This document shows positions 37,037-45,727 of a DNA stretch of 64,000 nucleotides, piece by piece. Position 1 is the stretch's first letter. Every line of letters starts with the position of its first letter. Origin of the DNA: Candidatus Latescibacterota bacterium (GTDB lineage: Bacteria; Latescibacterota; UBA2968; UBA8231); NCBI GenBank assembly GCA_965215195.1, contig CBDCDC010000002.1, positions 1,856,001-1,920,000 on the forward strand, in the 5' to 3' direction. The position numbers and the translations under genes were made by a program. The notes beneath the pieces were generated by a model. The model did not search any database, was not told where the DNA came from, and saw only the letters and a list, made by a program, of their open reading frames with translations.

Positions 37037-39964
37037 ATGAGTAGTAATGCGAGAAAAAGCCTGGTGAGGAGCGCGCTACTAGCGTTTGTTGGGTTGGGAA
37101 TGCTGGGTGCCGAAGCCGCAGCGCAGACCTTTCTGCGCAACCGGGATTTCCTCAACCTCGGCCATCCCGAACCGTATTTGAACTACGGGCGCAAGGAGTA
37201 CGATCCCTATCCTTCGGTGATCAACGCACGCAATCGCTACGACCGCTTAGGCAATTACCTGTCGCGCGGATTCAATGTCTTCACTTGGGAATTTTCCCGC
37301 CCCGGGGAAAGTAATATCAACACCCGTACGGCCCAGTACTTGGGATGGTTCGCCAACCTGGTGATGCTCAACGACTCGTACAAGGGTTGGAACTACCGCG
37401 TGACCTTGGGCGAGGACATCCGCGCCAAGTTTTCAGATCTGACCTTTAGCGACCCGCGCTTCTTTGGCATCCTGCTCGACGGCGCTTCCTCGGACAACAG
37501 GTTCACCCTGATGCTGAGCCAAGGCGGCGACCTGTTAAACGCCGCCAAGTTTTCGACCTTCAAAGCGACTCGGGAGACCTCACCGGTGTTGATCTTTGGC
37601 GGCCACTGGGAGACCAAGCTGGGCAATGTGCTGCGCATGGGTGCCACGTACTTCAACCAGCACATGGCCAATACGGCCGACGAGAACGGCTCCTTTCTCA
37701 AGGGCGATACCCCGTATAGCATGCTGCCGCCCTCTTTTATCGAAGTCATTGTCGAAGACGATTCGCCCGACGATATAGGCCGGGCGGCCACCGTCTATGA
37801 CGTGGATGTGGTGATCATCGGCGAGTCGCAGGGGCAGCGGGTGCGCCTGACCAGCATTGAAGGCGATCCCGAGTACGACTCGAGCCTAAAGATGATCGAT
37901 CCGGTTGGCGGGGCCGAGGGCGGGCTGACCATAGCCGGCGGCGACCAAGTGATCTTCCGCTTCCAAATGCCGCAATTCAACCTCCCGGATGCCGCGGAGT
38001 ACTCGGCCGATCCCGACGACTTTGTTCCGGGGCTGACGATGAGATCCGTGCGCTTCTTGGCCGATGTCGAGGGCGACTATCGCATTTTAGTGCGCCAACA
38101 GCACTTGTTCTTCGACCAGCGAGCCCACCAGAGAAACGTGGACAAAGTGGCCGAAGGGGACGACAGATACGTTCCGGGCGGCAGGAGCTACGTCAATCCT
38201 TTTACCGGCCTGAAAGGCGACGACGCAACCAAACCGCTCGAAGAGGTGCTGGCAGAAAATCCAGAAGCCTTTAATCAGTGGCCGGTGGTGCCGGAGCCGG
38301 GCACTACTCAGGCGTCGCCGTTTTTGCAGTACAAATGGGATCTGCTCGATCCGACCCGGGTAGGTTATACGGTCTTGCGCTCCGACGGCAGCGACTCGGG
38401 CCGCAAGGTAGTCGAGTTCGACTACGGCATCCCCACCGGTCAGGCCCTCTACGGGTTGGACTGGGACCTAAGCCTCAAAGGGCTAAAGGTAAAGGGCGAG
38501 CTGGTCGCCAATCCCCAGTACTTCCTCTTCCCGGTGGGCAGCAATGCCGGCAAGCGCTTTGACAAGCAGACCCTCGGCTATTTCCTCACGGCCCAAAAGG
38601 AAGTAGGCCCGCTCGAGATCGGGGGCGAAATTTTCAACCTAGATCCGGACTACAGCGGCAACTACGACAGCGACCGCGGCGGCGTGGCCTTCTTTAGCGA
38701 CGATTGCTTCGTGTGTCCACAGATGCAGGAAATGTCCGTGATGACCGACAATGACGACAACGACCAGTGGCCAGACGAGATGCTCAACGAGCTGCCCAGT
38801 GCCGAGAAGTCGGATTCGGGCATTTTTCCCGGCTTGGACGAAAACAACGACCTCATCCCGGACAGTGACCAGAATTTCAACGGCATTCCCGACTGGACTG
38901 AGCCAATCCTCTTTTACGACGCCGATCCGCCGGATTTCATCTACGGCATCGACTTCAACAACAACGGCGTAGTCGATTACCGCGAAAACGACGCCCTGCC
39001 CGACTATCCCTACCCGCGGGACCGCCGGGGGGGCCACTTCGTGGCCACCAAGAAAGGCTTGGGGCGCTGGGGCAAATGGGCCTCTGTAGGCTACTACACC
39101 ATAGAGGAGCCGGCCGGCGGCGGCGAGGCCAAGGCCCTGTACGCCCGCTATGAGCACAACTTCACCTCGCCCTATCTGGGGAAAATTCGCATCAACGAGG
39201 ACATCAAGCAGGTCCAAGACAACATCCGCGACGACGTGTACGTCTGGGAAGACGTGGGTTTTGCCCAGCGGATACCCAGCCCCTTCCCGCACTTGAAAGG
39301 TCCGATGATTGAGGCGCGGGATCTCAATTCGCAGATTTTTCCGCCAGATGTCGATCCCCTGAACATGCGCAATAGCTTGGTCAATACCTTGTTCATCAGC
39401 TCGACCTTTAGGCAGTTTTCCAACCTCAACGTCATCAACAACGTCCAGTGGATTCGCAACAGCCAAGCCGAGGACGAGTTCGACGACGGCACCCAACAGG
39501 CAGCCGGCGTGCTCTCGACCGTTACGGTGGTCAACCGGCTCGACTACACGATTAACGCCGGCAACCTGAACATCCGCCCGATGTTCAAGCACCTGTTCTT
39601 GCGCAAGCATTCAAGCGTACTCGAAGATGCGGGGGACGAAGACAACGGCATCATTGATTCGTTCTCGATTTACGCCCCGATAGTCAGGACCCGCTTTGAC
39701 CTGACGGCCAAGTCCAATCTGCAACTGGGCTTCCAAGGCTTCCCTTTCTGGCGACACACGAGTTTGGACCGCAAGGATGAGCACAACGACTTTAAGGAGT
39801 GGACGCTGGTGCTGATGATGAGCAACCGCTCGGATCACTACGGCTACAACCTCGCTTCCCAGTTCGGCTTTATCCGAACCAGCCGGGAGTACGACGATGC
39901 TACTCGCGCTTCGGATAGCTTCGACAACTCGCGCCTCTTCTTTGATATTGTGGCCGGGTTCTAA
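37037..39964 (+). CDS. Large uncharacterised outer-membrane protein B with Asp/Asn-rich putative Ca-binding motifs
   Basis: Signal peptide; DNDDNDQWPD, GLDENNDLIPDSDQNFNG, GIDFNNNGVVD; C-terminal 'DIVAGF'; collinear with 30094-33054. Confidence 0.7.
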   Translation: MSSNARKSLVRSALLAFVGLGMLGAEAAAQTFLRNRDFLNLGHPEPYLNYGRKEYDPYPSVINARNRYDRLGNYLSRGFNVFTWEFSRPGESNINTRTAQYLGWFANLVMLNDSYKGWNYRVTLGEDIRAKFSDLTFSDPRFFGILLDGASSDNRFTLMLSQGGDLLNAAKFSTFKATRETSPVLIFGGHWETKLGNVLRMGATYFNQHMANTADENGSFLKGDTPYSMLPPSFIEVIVEDDSPDDIGRAATVYDVDVVIIGESQGQRVRLTSIEGDPEYDSSLKMIDPVGGAEGGLTIAGGDQVIFRFQMPQFNLPDAAEYSADPDDFVPGLTMRSVRFLADVEGDYRILVRQQHLFFDQRAHQRNVDKVAEGDDRYVPGGRSYVNPFTGLKGDDATKPLEEVLAENPEAFNQWPVVPEPGTTQASPFLQYKWDLLDPTRVGYTVLRSDGSDSGRKVVEFDYGIPTGQALYGLDWDLSLKGLKVKGELVANPQYFLFPVGSNAGKRFDKQTLGYFLTAQKEVGPLEIGGEIFNLDPDYSGNYDSDRGGVAFFSDDCFVCPQMQEMSVMTDNDDNDQWPDEMLNELPSAEKSDSGIFPGLDENNDLIPDSDQNFNGIPDWTEPILFYDADPPDFIYGIDFNNNGVVDYRENDALPDYPYPRDRRGGHFVATKKGLGRWGKWASVGYYTIEEPAGGGEAKALYARYEHNFTSPYLGKIRINEDIKQVQDNIRDDVYVWEDVGFAQRIPSPFPHLKGPMIEARDLNSQIFPPDVDPLNMRNSLVNTLFISSTFRQFSNLNVINNVQWIRNSQAEDEFDDGTQQAAGVLSTVTVVNRLDYTINAGNLNIRPMFKHLFLRKHSSVLEDAGDEDNGIIDSFSIYAPIVRTRFDLTAKSNLQLGFQGFPFWRHTSLDRKDEHNDFKEWTLVLMMSNRSDHYGYNLASQFGFIRTSREYDDATRASDSFDNSRLFFDIVAGF

Positions 39965-39983
39965 AGCTTAGGAGATCGACGCC

Positions 39984-42900
39984 ATGATTCTGGTAAATCT
40001 GCTGCTAATTGCAGCGGTCGGCGCGGCCGCCAGCCTGAGTACGCGCTTCTTCTCGCCGGTGGAATTGCAAGACCGCTTTGAGGAGGGGCAGAAGCTCTAT
40101 GCGCTAGGGGCCTACGACAAAGCCATTGAGCGCTATGAGGTCATTCTCTCCACCGAAAGCAACGCCATGATCAACGTGGAGGATGTAACCGTAGCGGTTG
40201 ACGAGTTCATCCTGCCGGTGCGCGTGGGTGCCACCTACCAGCTAGGCAATACCTACAACAAGCTCGGTCTGGAAAAATTGCAGCGCTCGCAGTTTTTGCG
40301 CTCGGAGAAAAAGGAGGCCGCGGCCGACGCTCGCTACGACGAGGCCCTGCAAGACCTCAACAAGAGCCGCGATCACTTCCGCACCCTGGCCGCAGACGAG
40401 CGCGTCGATAACCGCACCCGGGTGATGGCGCAGTACCAGATGATCCAGACGAGTTACCAGCTCAAGGAGTACGAGCAGGTCATTGAGGAAGGGGACGAGC
40501 TGCTGCACAGCTTCCCCCACAGCCTCTATGAAGCGTCCGTTCACTACGACCGCGCGTGGTCCTATTTTGAATTGGAGCGCTACGCGGAGGCCATCGCCAG
40601 CTTCAAGCAGGTCTTGGTCTTGGCCCCCAGAGGCTCCAACGCCGACCGCTCGCTCTTCCAGATCGCCGAGAGCTACGACAAGCTAGGGCAGTACGAAGAT
40701 GCGCTGGAGTACCTCGACCGCCTCGTCGCCCGCTACGACTTCGCGCAGATGACCGAGGAAGAAATCATCGAAATGACCACCCTCAAGCTCAAGGGTTTGG
40801 TCAAGGAGACCGCGCGCGAGCTAGTTGCCAAGGCCCACCTGAAAAAGGGCGATATCTACGCCCGCAACGGCGAGATCGAAAAGGCCCTCGCCGCCTATGC
40901 CGTGCTTCCGGCCGAATACGCGGCCGAGCCGGTCTTGGTGCAAAATAGCTATATCCGCACGGCCGAGTTGGTGCAGAAGGAGCAGGGCACGACAGCGGCC
41001 ATTGCCGCGTACAAGGACGCCATCGAAAAGGTTGAGGACAAGCTCTTTCAGGCCCGCACCCAGCTAACGGTCGCCCTGATGCTTTTCGACCAGGACGAGT
41101 ACCTCAAGTCGGCCCAGGAATACGAGATCTACCTCAACGCCTACGGCGACGTGGCCCAGCGCATTGGCTTCGACCGCTACAAGGTTCTCTTTCGCATCGC
41201 CCAGTGCCACCAAGAATACGGGCGGCAGATCCGCAGCGAGGACCCGGCTGGAGCGGACGCGGAAATCGCCGAGGCCCGCAAAAGCTACGACCAGCTCCTG
41301 AGCCAGCGCGCGGACAATTCCCTGATCCCGGACGTGCTTTTTAACGCCGGCTTTGCCAACCAGCTCCTAGAGAACGACCAAGCAGCTCAGCCCCTGTACC
41401 AGCGGTTAGTCGACGAGTATCCAGCGCATCCAGCGGCCCCCAACGGCCTTTTGCAGTTGGCCCGCATCGCCTATGCCGCATCCGAGCTCAAACGGGCCGA
41501 GGCGATTTATACGTCCTTCCTCGACCGCTTCCCGGATTCGGCACTGCGCAATACGACGCGGATGGAGCTGGGCCTCACCTACAAGCACCTCGAGGATACA
41601 GATAGCGCCATCGCCGCCTATGAGACGGTGGAAGCGGATTGGGACAAGTGGCCTACCGTGCAGGTCGAGTTGGCCGAGCTGTACATGGGCAAGCAAGAGT
41701 ACGCCAAGGCGCGTCAGGCCCTGTCTCGCGCCTTGGGCCGAGCCGGCGACGACACCCTAAGAGGCCAGATGCACTACACCTTGGCCCGGGTGCATTTTGC
41801 AGAGGACAATTTCGCCAGTGCGATCCGCGCTTGGGGCGAGGCCATTGCCCTGAATCCGCCCGCGCACCTCCTGCAAAACTCGCTGCTGGCGCGCGGCGGT
41901 GCGTATTACGAGGTCGCCAAACAGCAAGACGCGGTCGGCGACACGGCCGAGGCCCGCACGAGCTATGAGGCATCGCTGGAGGATATGAAGGCCCTGCTCG
42001 AAGGCGATCCCGCGCCCCAGATCAAGGACAGCGCCTTCCGCACGCTGGGGGCGGGCATGATCCGCTTGGGGCGGCAAGAAGAGGCGGCGCGGTACTACCA
42101 AGAGCTCATTGCCGCGTCGGCCGACCTCCAAGAGCAGGCCACCTTTAGCATGCTGCTGACCGAGCTGTACTACGATCAGCAGGATTTCGTCCAAGCCGAA
42201 AAATTCGCCCGCCAGCTCCTCGACATGCAGTTTGAAGACGACAATCAAGCTGGTTACTACCGCAAAGAACGCGCCTATTCCATCATCGGCAACGCGCTGC
42301 TACAGCAGCAGCAGTACGAGGAAGCCGCTCGCGTCTTTGCCCGAGGTCTCAAGCGCTATCCGAATTCGGGCGAGAGCGGCAACTTGGCCTTCTCCAAGGG
42401 TTTTGCCGAAATCAGCTACGGCGACTACGCCACCGCTGCCGAGAGCTTCCGGGCCTTTGTCCGCAAATATCCGCGCAATGCCAACCGCATTCACGGCCAG
42501 TACTATCTGGCCCACAGCCTCCAGGCCCTGACCCAGTTTGAGGAGGCTGCGGCCGCTTTTGCCGCGCTCGTCGAGCGCCATCCCCAGTCCCAATACGAGG
42601 AAGAAGCGCTTTTTCTCATTGGCGAAAACTACTACAACGAGCAGGCCTTTGCCGAAGCCGCGACCGCCTACCAAGTGCTCTTGGCCAAATATGCCCAAGG
42701 CCAATACGGCGGGTCGGCCCAGTACGCGTTGGCTTGGTCCTTCGTCGAACAAGAACAGATGGAGCAAGCAGTAGGCGCGATGCAAAACCTAGTGGCCAAT
42801 TACCCCGACAGCGAGTTCGCCCCCAAGGCGCAGTTTACCATTGGCGACTACTACTACAATATCCAGTCTTACGACGAGGCCATGGCCGCCTACAAGCAAG

Positions 42901-43256
42901 TAATCGAGCTATATCCCGGCTCTGAGGAGACGCCGAGGGCCATAGGTCTAGTGGAAGAGCTAAGCGAGATCCAAGCGAGCTTTAGCTACAACGAGGCCAT
43001 GAAGCTGTTTGAGGCCAAGGACTACGACCGGGCCGTGCCGGCCCTACAGGGGATTATCCGCGATTATCCCGGCACCCATACCGAGTTGGCCGCGTACTGC
43101 AACTTGGGGCTGGTCTATGAAATCACGCGCCAATGGTCGCAGGCCGTGGAAAACTATCAGGTAGTGGAAGAAAAGGGTGGGGACAAGGCGGAAAACGCCG
43201 ACGTGGTCAGTTTTGCCAAGCTGCACCGGGCGTGGATCGTCGAAAACCGGCTCTAG
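39984..43256 (+). CDS. Large exported tetratricopeptide-repeat protein (CpoB/BamD-like TPRs)
   Basis: N-terminal hydrophobic signal; many repeats of the type 'A...Y..L...YP.S....AQF.IG..YY'. Confidence 0.9.
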   Translation: MILVNLLLIAAVGAAASLSTRFFSPVELQDRFEEGQKLYALGAYDKAIERYEVILSTESNAMINVEDVTVAVDEFILPVRVGATYQLGNTYNKLGLEKLQRSQFLRSEKKEAAADARYDEALQDLNKSRDHFRTLAADERVDNRTRVMAQYQMIQTSYQLKEYEQVIEEGDELLHSFPHSLYEASVHYDRAWSYFELERYAEAIASFKQVLVLAPRGSNADRSLFQIAESYDKLGQYEDALEYLDRLVARYDFAQMTEEEIIEMTTLKLKGLVKETARELVAKAHLKKGDIYARNGEIEKALAAYAVLPAEYAAEPVLVQNSYIRTAELVQKEQGTTAAIAAYKDAIEKVEDKLFQARTQLTVALMLFDQDEYLKSAQEYEIYLNAYGDVAQRIGFDRYKVLFRIAQCHQEYGRQIRSEDPAGADAEIAEARKSYDQLLSQRADNSLIPDVLFNAGFANQLLENDQAAQPLYQRLVDEYPAHPAAPNGLLQLARIAYAASELKRAEAIYTSFLDRFPDSALRNTTRMELGLTYKHLEDTDSAIAAYETVEADWDKWPTVQVELAELYMGKQEYAKARQALSRALGRAGDDTLRGQMHYTLARVHFAEDNFASAIRAWGEAIALNPPAHLLQNSLLARGGAYYEVAKQQDAVGDTAEARTSYEASLEDMKALLEGDPAPQIKDSAFRTLGAGMIRLGRQEEAARYYQELIAASADLQEQATFSMLLTELYYDQQDFVQAEKFARQLLDMQFEDDNQAGYYRKERAYSIIGNALLQQQQYEEAARVFARGLKRYPNSGESGNLAFSKGFAEISYGDYATAAESFRAFVRKYPRNANRIHGQYYLAHSLQALTQFEEAAAAFAALVERHPQSQYEEEALFLIGENYYNEQAFAEAATAYQVLLAKYAQGQYGGSAQYALAWSFVEQEQMEQAVGAMQNLVANYPDSEFAPKAQFTIGDYYYNIQSYDEAMAAYKQVIELYPGSEETPRAIGLVEELSEIQASFSYNEAMKLFEAKDYDRAVPALQGIIRDYPGTHTELAAYCNLGLVYEITRQWSQAVENYQVVEEKGGDKAENADVVSFAKLHRAWIVENRL

Positions 43257-43303
43257 CGAGCTTTCAACGCAACGCAAAGTAGGACACAATACGGGAGGTT
43301 GTA

Positions 43304-43978
43304 ATGGAGCAGAATTTTCTAGTCGACCAGTTTTTCAAGGGCGGGCCGATGATGTGGCCCATGTTGCTCTGCTTGCTGATCGCCCTAGCCATCATCATAG
43401 AACGACTGTGGCGTCTGCTGATGGTCCCGGGCGAACAGGAGGCCGAACAGTATCTCAACAAGGCCGAGGAAGTGCTCAAAAATCAAGGCGAAGGCGGGGC
43501 CGTCGAGCTATTCCGACAGGGCAGCGGCGTACTCAACTTCATCTTCGCCGCCTTGGTGAAGCGCTACGACACCTTAGTGCTGGAAAATCGCACGGACCTA
43601 GAGGACATGCGTCAGGAGTTGATCTTGGCCACGGAGGAGGCCGGCGAGATGTACTTAGGCCGCCTGCTCAACGCGCTCGGCACCATTGGCGTCCTCTCCC
43701 CGCTGATGGGGCTGTTGGGCACGATCATGGGTATGATTCACGCCTTTGACGCGATTGCCCGCGCCGGGGCCGGCGATCCAGCGGCCGTGGCCAGCGGCAT
43801 TTCCGAGGCCCTGATTACGACGGCCAGTGGCCTCATTGTCGCCATTCCGACCATCGTCTTCCACCGCTACCTCTCCGGCCGGGCGGAAAAGGTCTTCAAG
43901 AGCGTGGAGCTGTACTGCCACGCCTTCGCCAATACCCTGCTGGTGCGCTTCCAAGCCGGCCAGCAGGAAGCCAGCTAG
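43304..43978 (+). CDS. exbB: MotA/TolQ/ExbB proton channel protein
   Basis: 'GGPMMWP', 'SPLMGLLGTIMGMIHAF', 'GISEALITTASGL.VAIP'. Confidence 0.92.
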   Translation: MEQNFLVDQFFKGGPMMWPMLLCLLIALAIIIERLWRLLMVPGEQEAEQYLNKAEEVLKNQGEGGAVELFRQGSGVLNFIFAALVKRYDTLVLENRTDLEDMRQELILATEEAGEMYLGRLLNALGTIGVLSPLMGLLGTIMGMIHAFDAIARAGAGDPAAVASGISEALITTASGLIVAIPTIVFHRYLSGRAEKVFKSVELYCHAFANTLLVRFQAGQQEAS

Positions 43979-43994
43979 GCAGAGAGACGCTGCA

Positions 43995-44414
43995 ATGCGG
44001 CAGAGACGAAAGAGCGGATTCGGCAAAAGCGCCTTCAAGGCCTCGGAGAATCCAGATCTGACTCCGCTGATCAACTGCATGTTCTTGCTGTTGGTTTTCT
44101 TTATGGTGGCGACCACTTTCGTCAACCCCAAGGGTCTGAGCGTAGATCTGCCGGGCGGCGAAGGCGAGTCGCGCGCGACCAAGGACATGAACATCGTGAT
44201 CGACCCAGACCAGACGATCCAAGTCAACGGCGAGGTCACGGACAAGGCGCGATTGGCCGAGAAGATCCGTCAGGTCATAGCAGCCGACAACACCAAGAAC
44301 GTGATCTTGGAGTCCGCGCGTTCCGTGCCTCACGCCTATGTGGTGCAGGTGATGGACATCGCCCGCGGCGAGGGCATTGAGGCCATTGCTTTCGCCAAGA
44401 GTGGAGAAGGATGA
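43995..44414 (+). CDS. exbD: ExbD/TolR family protein with Asn in place of the conserved TM Asp
   Basis: 'PDLTPLINCMFLLLVFFMVATTF...VDLP'; 'VVQVMDIAR'. Confidence 0.88.
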   Translation: MRQRRKSGFGKSAFKASENPDLTPLINCMFLLLVFFMVATTFVNPKGLSVDLPGGEGESRATKDMNIVIDPDQTIQVNGEVTDKARLAEKIRQVIAADNTKNVILESARSVPHAYVVQVMDIARGEGIEAIAFAKSGEG

Positions 44415-44839
44415 GCGGCATGGCTAAACGGAGGCAGTCGCTGGCCGAAAAAGCCGGCGAATTTGAACTGAACCTGACGCCGATGATAGACGCAGTGTTC
44501 CTGCTACTGATCTTCTTTATGACCACCACGGTCTTCGTCAAGGCCACTCAGGTCAAGATCGAGTTGCCCGACTCGGTCCAATACGACCAGCTAAAAGCAG
44601 AGAAGAAGCTGAATCTGCGCATCTCGAGCGAGGGCCAGCTCGAGATCAACGGGCAGCTCGTGGCCATGGGGCAGCTAGCCGGCTGGCTAGAGCGCGAGAA
44701 GATCCGCACCGGCTCTTCAACGCTGATTATCACCGCAGACGCCAATGCCGCGCACGGCCATATCATCGACGCGATGGAAACGGCCACCATGGCCGGCGTC
44801 GAACAGATCGACATTGAAACCGAGGAACCAACCAATTGA
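44411..44839 (+). CDS. exbD: ExbD/TolR family protein
   Basis: 'LNLTPMIDAVFLLLIFFMTTT', 'IELP', 'ITADANAAHG.IIDAM'. Confidence 0.9.
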   Translation: MSGMAKRRQSLAEKAGEFELNLTPMIDAVFLLLIFFMTTTVFVKATQVKIELPDSVQYDQLKAEKKLNLRISSEGQLEINGQLVAMGQLAGWLEREKIRTGSSTLIITADANAAHGHIIDAMETATMAGVEQIDIETEEPTN

Positions 44840-44870
44840 CGGTAGCTAGCAAAAAGGGAGTTGCAATTTT

Positions 44871-45638
44871 ATGAGAGCGAGGTATGTGGCACTCCTCGGC
44901 TTAGTGGCGCTCGGGCTGGTCTGGAGCTGCGGGGGGCTGGTGCCGCCCCAACTCGTGTACGACCTGCACGTGATGCCCGTCCTGCCCGAGGGCCGCGGCG
45001 ATTACACCATCGACCCGGACGACAGCTCGATGGTCTTTAGCAAAGAGGGGCTTTTGATCCGGGTGCGGCACCTGAGCGACCCCGAGCTCAACGAGCGCTT
45101 CCCACCTCTGTACGACGGTCGCCACGTCAATCCCTACACCCGGGACGACATCGATCCCGAAAAGGGCTATACCCCCCCGCAGTTCACCGTCTTTGACGTC
45201 GAGGTCATAAACAAGACCTATGCGAAGATCGAATTCGATCCGGCCAAGGCGACCATGGAATCGGGCGGCGAGACCTATCGCTACTACGATCCCGGGCGCG
45301 AGGGGGCGGTCGTGTTGGGGGGCAACAGCTTCACCAAGTACTACAAAATGGAGCTGGGCACTTCGGGTAACGAGCGCGAAATCAACTTGGAGCGCATGGG
45401 CATTATCTACAAGACGGTCTTTCACCGCCATCGACCGATCTTCCGCGATAGCAGCCAAAAGGGCATGTTGGTCTTTGATCCGTTGCTGCCGGAAAACGAC
45501 GAGTTGCTGCTCACCTTCCGCGAATTCGTGCTTTCGTTTGACGCCAGCGGCAATCCAGAAGAGACCATTGACGTCGAGTTCCGCTTTGCGGTGAACCAAG
45601 GAACGAGGGAAAAGGCCAGAGCGGACGGGGCGGGTTGA
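44871..45638 (+). CDS. Uncharacterised lipoprotein (paralog of 33063-33836)
   Basis: Lipobox VWSC; shared motifs with the 33063 protein. Confidence 0.7.
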   Translation: MRARYVALLGLVALGLVWSCGGLVPPQLVYDLHVMPVLPEGRGDYTIDPDDSSMVFSKEGLLIRVRHLSDPELNERFPPLYDGRHVNPYTRDDIDPEKGYTPPQFTVFDVEVINKTYAKIEFDPAKATMESGGETYRYYDPGREGAVVLGGNSFTKYYKMELGTSGNEREINLERMGIIYKTVFHRHRPIFRDSSQKGMLVFDPLLPENDELLLTFREFVLSFDASGNPEETIDVEFRFAVNQGTREKARADGAG

Positions 45639-45693
45639 GTCCCCGGCACTGCTTCTGCATCTGGATAGCGCGTATGGCAGGATGGCTCATTGC

Positions 45694-45727
45694 GAGGAGC
45701 TGGACCTTCCGTCTAGCTCCTCTTTTT
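45694..45727 (+). terminator. Rho-independent terminator-like hairpin ending immediately before the next ATG
   Basis: GAGGAGCTGGAC-CTTCC-GTCTAGCTCCTC-TTTTT. Confidence 0.7.
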
